A stretch of DNA of 64,000 nucleotides from Elusimicrobiota bacterium. Its GTDB lineage: Bacteria > Elusimicrobiota > Endomicrobiia > Endomicrobiales > JBDRNC01. Made by a program: the position numbers and the translations under genes. Under the pieces are notes generated by a model. It ran no database searches. It had not been told where the DNA came from and saw nothing but the letters and a program-made list of their open reading frames with translations. The stretch lies in NCBI GenBank assembly GCA_043811535.1, contig JBDRNC010000012.1, positions 63,697 to 127,696 of the forward strand, in the 5' to 3' direction. Below are positions 61,857 through 64,000 of this stretch, in pieces; positions within the stretch are counted from its first letter, which is position 1; every line of letters starts with the position of its first letter.

Positions 61857-62696
61857 TTATCTCATCTTTCCGCTGAACTCCGACCACCATACCGGGTCGA
61901 TCGCCCCGCCCTGCGCGTAAACAGCGAAGTGAAGGTGCGGCCCGGACGACCAGCCGGTGCTTCCGGCAAGCGCTATCGTTTCGCCTTTTTTCACCCGCTC
62001 TCCTTCTTTTTTCAGGTTCTTTGAAAGATGGAAATAACACGTGACGATGCCCTGCCCGTGGTCTATGATTATTGTGTTGCCGTAGACATTGTAATTCTCG
62101 CCGCTCAGCGCGACCTTCCCGCTGTTTGACGCGATAACCGGCTCGCCCAGTTTCATGCTGTAATCCACGCCTTTGTGGAAATACTGGTATCTTTTCCCGG
62201 CTCTCTTGAGCGCGAAAACAGTGACAATCCTGTTTTTTGACGGCAGGATGAACTCCCCGTCCCAGAGTTTCTTTCCGCTTTTGATATTTATAACGTCAAT
62301 GACGCTTTTCTGCTGCGAAGGAACGGAAGGCTGCGCATCCCTCATTTTTTCGCTCTCTTCCTTCAAAATAATTGTCTCAACCTTCCTCTTTGCCACATCA
62401 ACCGATAACTTTTTAGAAGAAGTTTTGATGCCAAGGAAACGGCTCGATACTTCCAGCTTTTCCGGCCCTGCCGCCTCTATCCCGACAGGCAGGACTACTC
62501 CCATCTCGCCGCGGCCGGCGCCATAGAACCTGTATCTTTTCCCCTCGAAATCCACGCAGTATGAACTCATGAAAGACCCTTTAATTCCCACGACTACCGC
62601 TTCGCCGCCCCTGAGATTTTCGGGACATATATTTATTTCCAGCGCGGCGCAGGTGCTCGCGAGCAGGACAATAATCACAAAACAAAAATACCGCAC
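61857..62696 (-). CDS. M23 family metallopeptidase
   Basis: HKGVD, YGNTIIIDHG, YFHL, G.TG.SSGPHLHF; start moved to GTG 62696 (GGAGGG upstream). Confidence 0.9.
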   Translation of the reverse strand: MRYFCFVIIVLLASTCAALEINICPENLRGGEAVVVGIKGSFMSSYCVDFEGKRYRFYGAGRGEMGVVLPVGIEAAGPEKLEVSSRFLGIKTSSKKLSVDVAKRKVETIILKEESEKMRDAQPSVPSQQKSVIDVINIKSGKKLWDGEFILPSKNRIVTVFALKRAGKRYQYFHKGVDYSMKLGEPVIASNSGKVALSGENYNVYGNTIIIDHGQGIVTCYFHLSKNLKKEGERVKKGETIALAGSTGWSSGPHLHFAVYAQGGAIDPVWWSEFSGKMR

Positions 62697-62711
62697 TACC
62701 CCTCCCAAAAA

Positions 62712-62846
62712 AAACAAAACACTAAAAACTAAATCCTAAATAAATCCAAAATCACAAATACAAATATCAAATAAACGACGTGTTTTATATTTATATTTTA
62801 TTGTTTTAAGCTTATTTAGTATTTAGTTTTTAGTGTTTAGTATTTT
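62712..62846. repeat. AT-rich self-complementary heptamer array (AAANNCT / TTTAGTN)
   Basis: AAACACT-AAAAACT-AAATCCT-AAAT... versus TTTAGTA-TTTAGTT-TTTAGTG-TTTAGTA-TTTT. Confidence 0.8.
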
Positions 62847-62854
62847 ACGCACGA

Positions 62855-62900
62855 TGGATCCCCGATTATCCGCCACTGCAGCAATGGCGGACGGGGATGA
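62855..62900 (+). repeat. Right half of the GTCAT...ATGAC REP-like element with a nested CCGCC/GGCGG palindrome
   Basis: TGGATCCCCGATTA-[TCCGCCA-ctgcagcaa-TGGCGGA]-CGGGGATGA. Confidence 0.7.
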
Positions 62901-62923
62901 TAATTGAAAAATTCTTGAGGTTA

Positions 62924-63850
62924 TCACTTGAGCCACGGGATGGAATGCCCCATCTCTTTCAGCTTATTCTCGAGTTCCACGCACTCAACGCTTGATTTAA
63001 GCTTGCCGTCTTTCTCGCTGAGGAATTTTATTTCCCTAAGGTAGTTTGCGGCCTCTTCATTCTTGCCTTTAAGCACAAGCGCTAGCACTCTTTGCTCGAC
63101 TTCGGAAAGCGTGACGCTCTTTAGCCGGTAATCCTTGAAGGCCTCCCACGCGTTCGGACACCAGCGGGATACTATTTCCTCGCCGATGATGTTTGAATAG
63201 ACGCGTATCTCGTATTGAGCCTTCCTTTCCATTCTCAGCTCAAGGAAATGAAGCAGGTTGCTGAGGTCTATTTTCCAGTAAGCTTCCGTGTAAGTCGCGA
63301 GCGGGAGGTCTTTCCTTGCCAGTTCCCTGGCGACGCCAGCGTCTATGCGCCTCTGGTATTCCTCGCGGCACATTTTCTGAAGTTCCGCTTCGCGTTTCGT
63401 GAATTCGGCCCCGGCCTGCGCATCAAGTAAACCTTCGCTGGCCTGCTTATTGACCAGGGCCTGCATGCGCCATTCATCCGGCTTTACCTTATAAGCGGAA
63501 TCTATCGCGACTGAATAGCGCGTGGAGTATTCGTTGACGTTGGCGGTCCGGTGGCGTATCCACTGCCTCCAACAGTCCATCGGCACCCTGATATGAAGTT
63601 TTATCTCGCACATCTCAAAAGGGCTTGTATGTTTGTGGCGTATCAGGTATCTGAGCAGTTCCCTGTCGCCGCTTGGGGTCTTGGTTCCTTTTCCGTAGGA
63701 CACGCGCGCGGCCTGGACTATGGACTCATCGGAACCCATGTAATCGACGACACGGACAAAACCGTCGTCAAGCACTTTGAACGGCGTACCGAGAATCTTG
63801 TCAAGTTCCGGCGCCTGCACTCTTGAAATTGTTTCAAACTGGTTGGACAT
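62924..63850 (-). CDS. thyX: FAD-dependent thymidylate synthase
   Basis: AARVSY, H.SPFE, RQWIRHRTANVNEYSTRY ThyX motif, GVARELAR..LP, NLLHFL.LR...AQYEIR. Confidence 0.97.
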   Translation of the reverse strand: MSNQFETISRVQAPELDKILGTPFKVLDDGFVRVVDYMGSDESIVQAARVSYGKGTKTPSGDRELLRYLIRHKHTSPFEMCEIKLHIRVPMDCWRQWIRHRTANVNEYSTRYSVAIDSAYKVKPDEWRMQALVNKQASEGLLDAQAGAEFTKREAELQKMCREEYQRRIDAGVARELARKDLPLATYTEAYWKIDLSNLLHFLELRMERKAQYEIRVYSNIIGEEIVSRWCPNAWEAFKDYRLKSVTLSEVEQRVLALVLKGKNEEAANYLREIKFLSEKDGKLKSSVECVELENKLKEMGHSIPWLK

Positions 63851-63918
63851 ATATATACTCTCCTATGATAAAAATCAAACTCAGAATAGTAAATCTACTC
63901 TGTTTTTGTTGATATTTT

Positions 63919-64000
63919 TCATTCCAACACCCAATTGTTGAAATCGGCAAACATCCAGCCGTTTTTTAACGTATTGTAAATGATCTCCAGCATCTTCCTT
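63919..64000 (-). mobile_element. 3' end of a probable IS110-family transposase, cut by the window edge
   Basis: Not in the ORF track; minus frame reads RKMLEIIYNTLKNGWMFADFNNWVLE*, resembling the (A)RKL..IIY..LK C-terminus of IS110 transposases. Confidence 0.6.

Noticed and set aside
608..63826. Many plus-strand ORFs (e.g. 58111-58941, 55819-56544, 8085-8714)
   Set aside because: They are antisense shadows of well-supported minus-strand genes and have no recognisable motifs.
1..64000. tRNA, rRNA, prophage or defence genes
   Set aside because: No such motifs were recognised in the ORFs or intergenic gaps.

Overview
Bacterial DNA from a diderm organism (Elusimicrobiota- or Omnitrophota-like by protein style; this is inference). 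Every credible gene lies on the minus strand. About 60 kb (122-60267) form one LacI-controlled glycan-utilisation locus. Catalytic genes: three glucoamylase-family (GH144-like) proteins, a stand-alone homologue of the cyclic beta-1,2-glucan synthase (Cgs) middle domain, a stand-alone Cgs-type GH94 phosphorylase, a GH35, a clan GH-A TIM-barrel enzyme, three F5/8-(alpha/alpha)6 paralogues and one further CBM-(alpha/alpha)6 protein. Transport and regulation: two sugar ABC systems and two LacI regulators. The enzyme set points to beta-1,2-glucan (inference). No SusC/SusD/TonB-dependent receptor is seen. Instead there is an unusual envelope set: an uncharacterised Trp-rich beta-barrel candidate, a PorV-like barrel with a CBM inserted, a PorP/SprF-like barrel paired with a 2282-aa modular protein carrying a T9SS-like C-terminal domain, a CsgG/FlgT-like protein and a CBM-OmpA protein. 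One CBM11-like module recurs about 18 times. Intergenic DNA holds near-consensus sigma70 promoters with a shared TGTAAnCGnTTACn operator, many self-complementary 7/8/9-mer arrays abutting stop codons, and several MITE/REP-like elements. The right end has P-II, GGDEF, M23 and thyX genes and the 3' tip of a probable IS110 transposase. Family calls come from motif recognition by eye; no searches were run.
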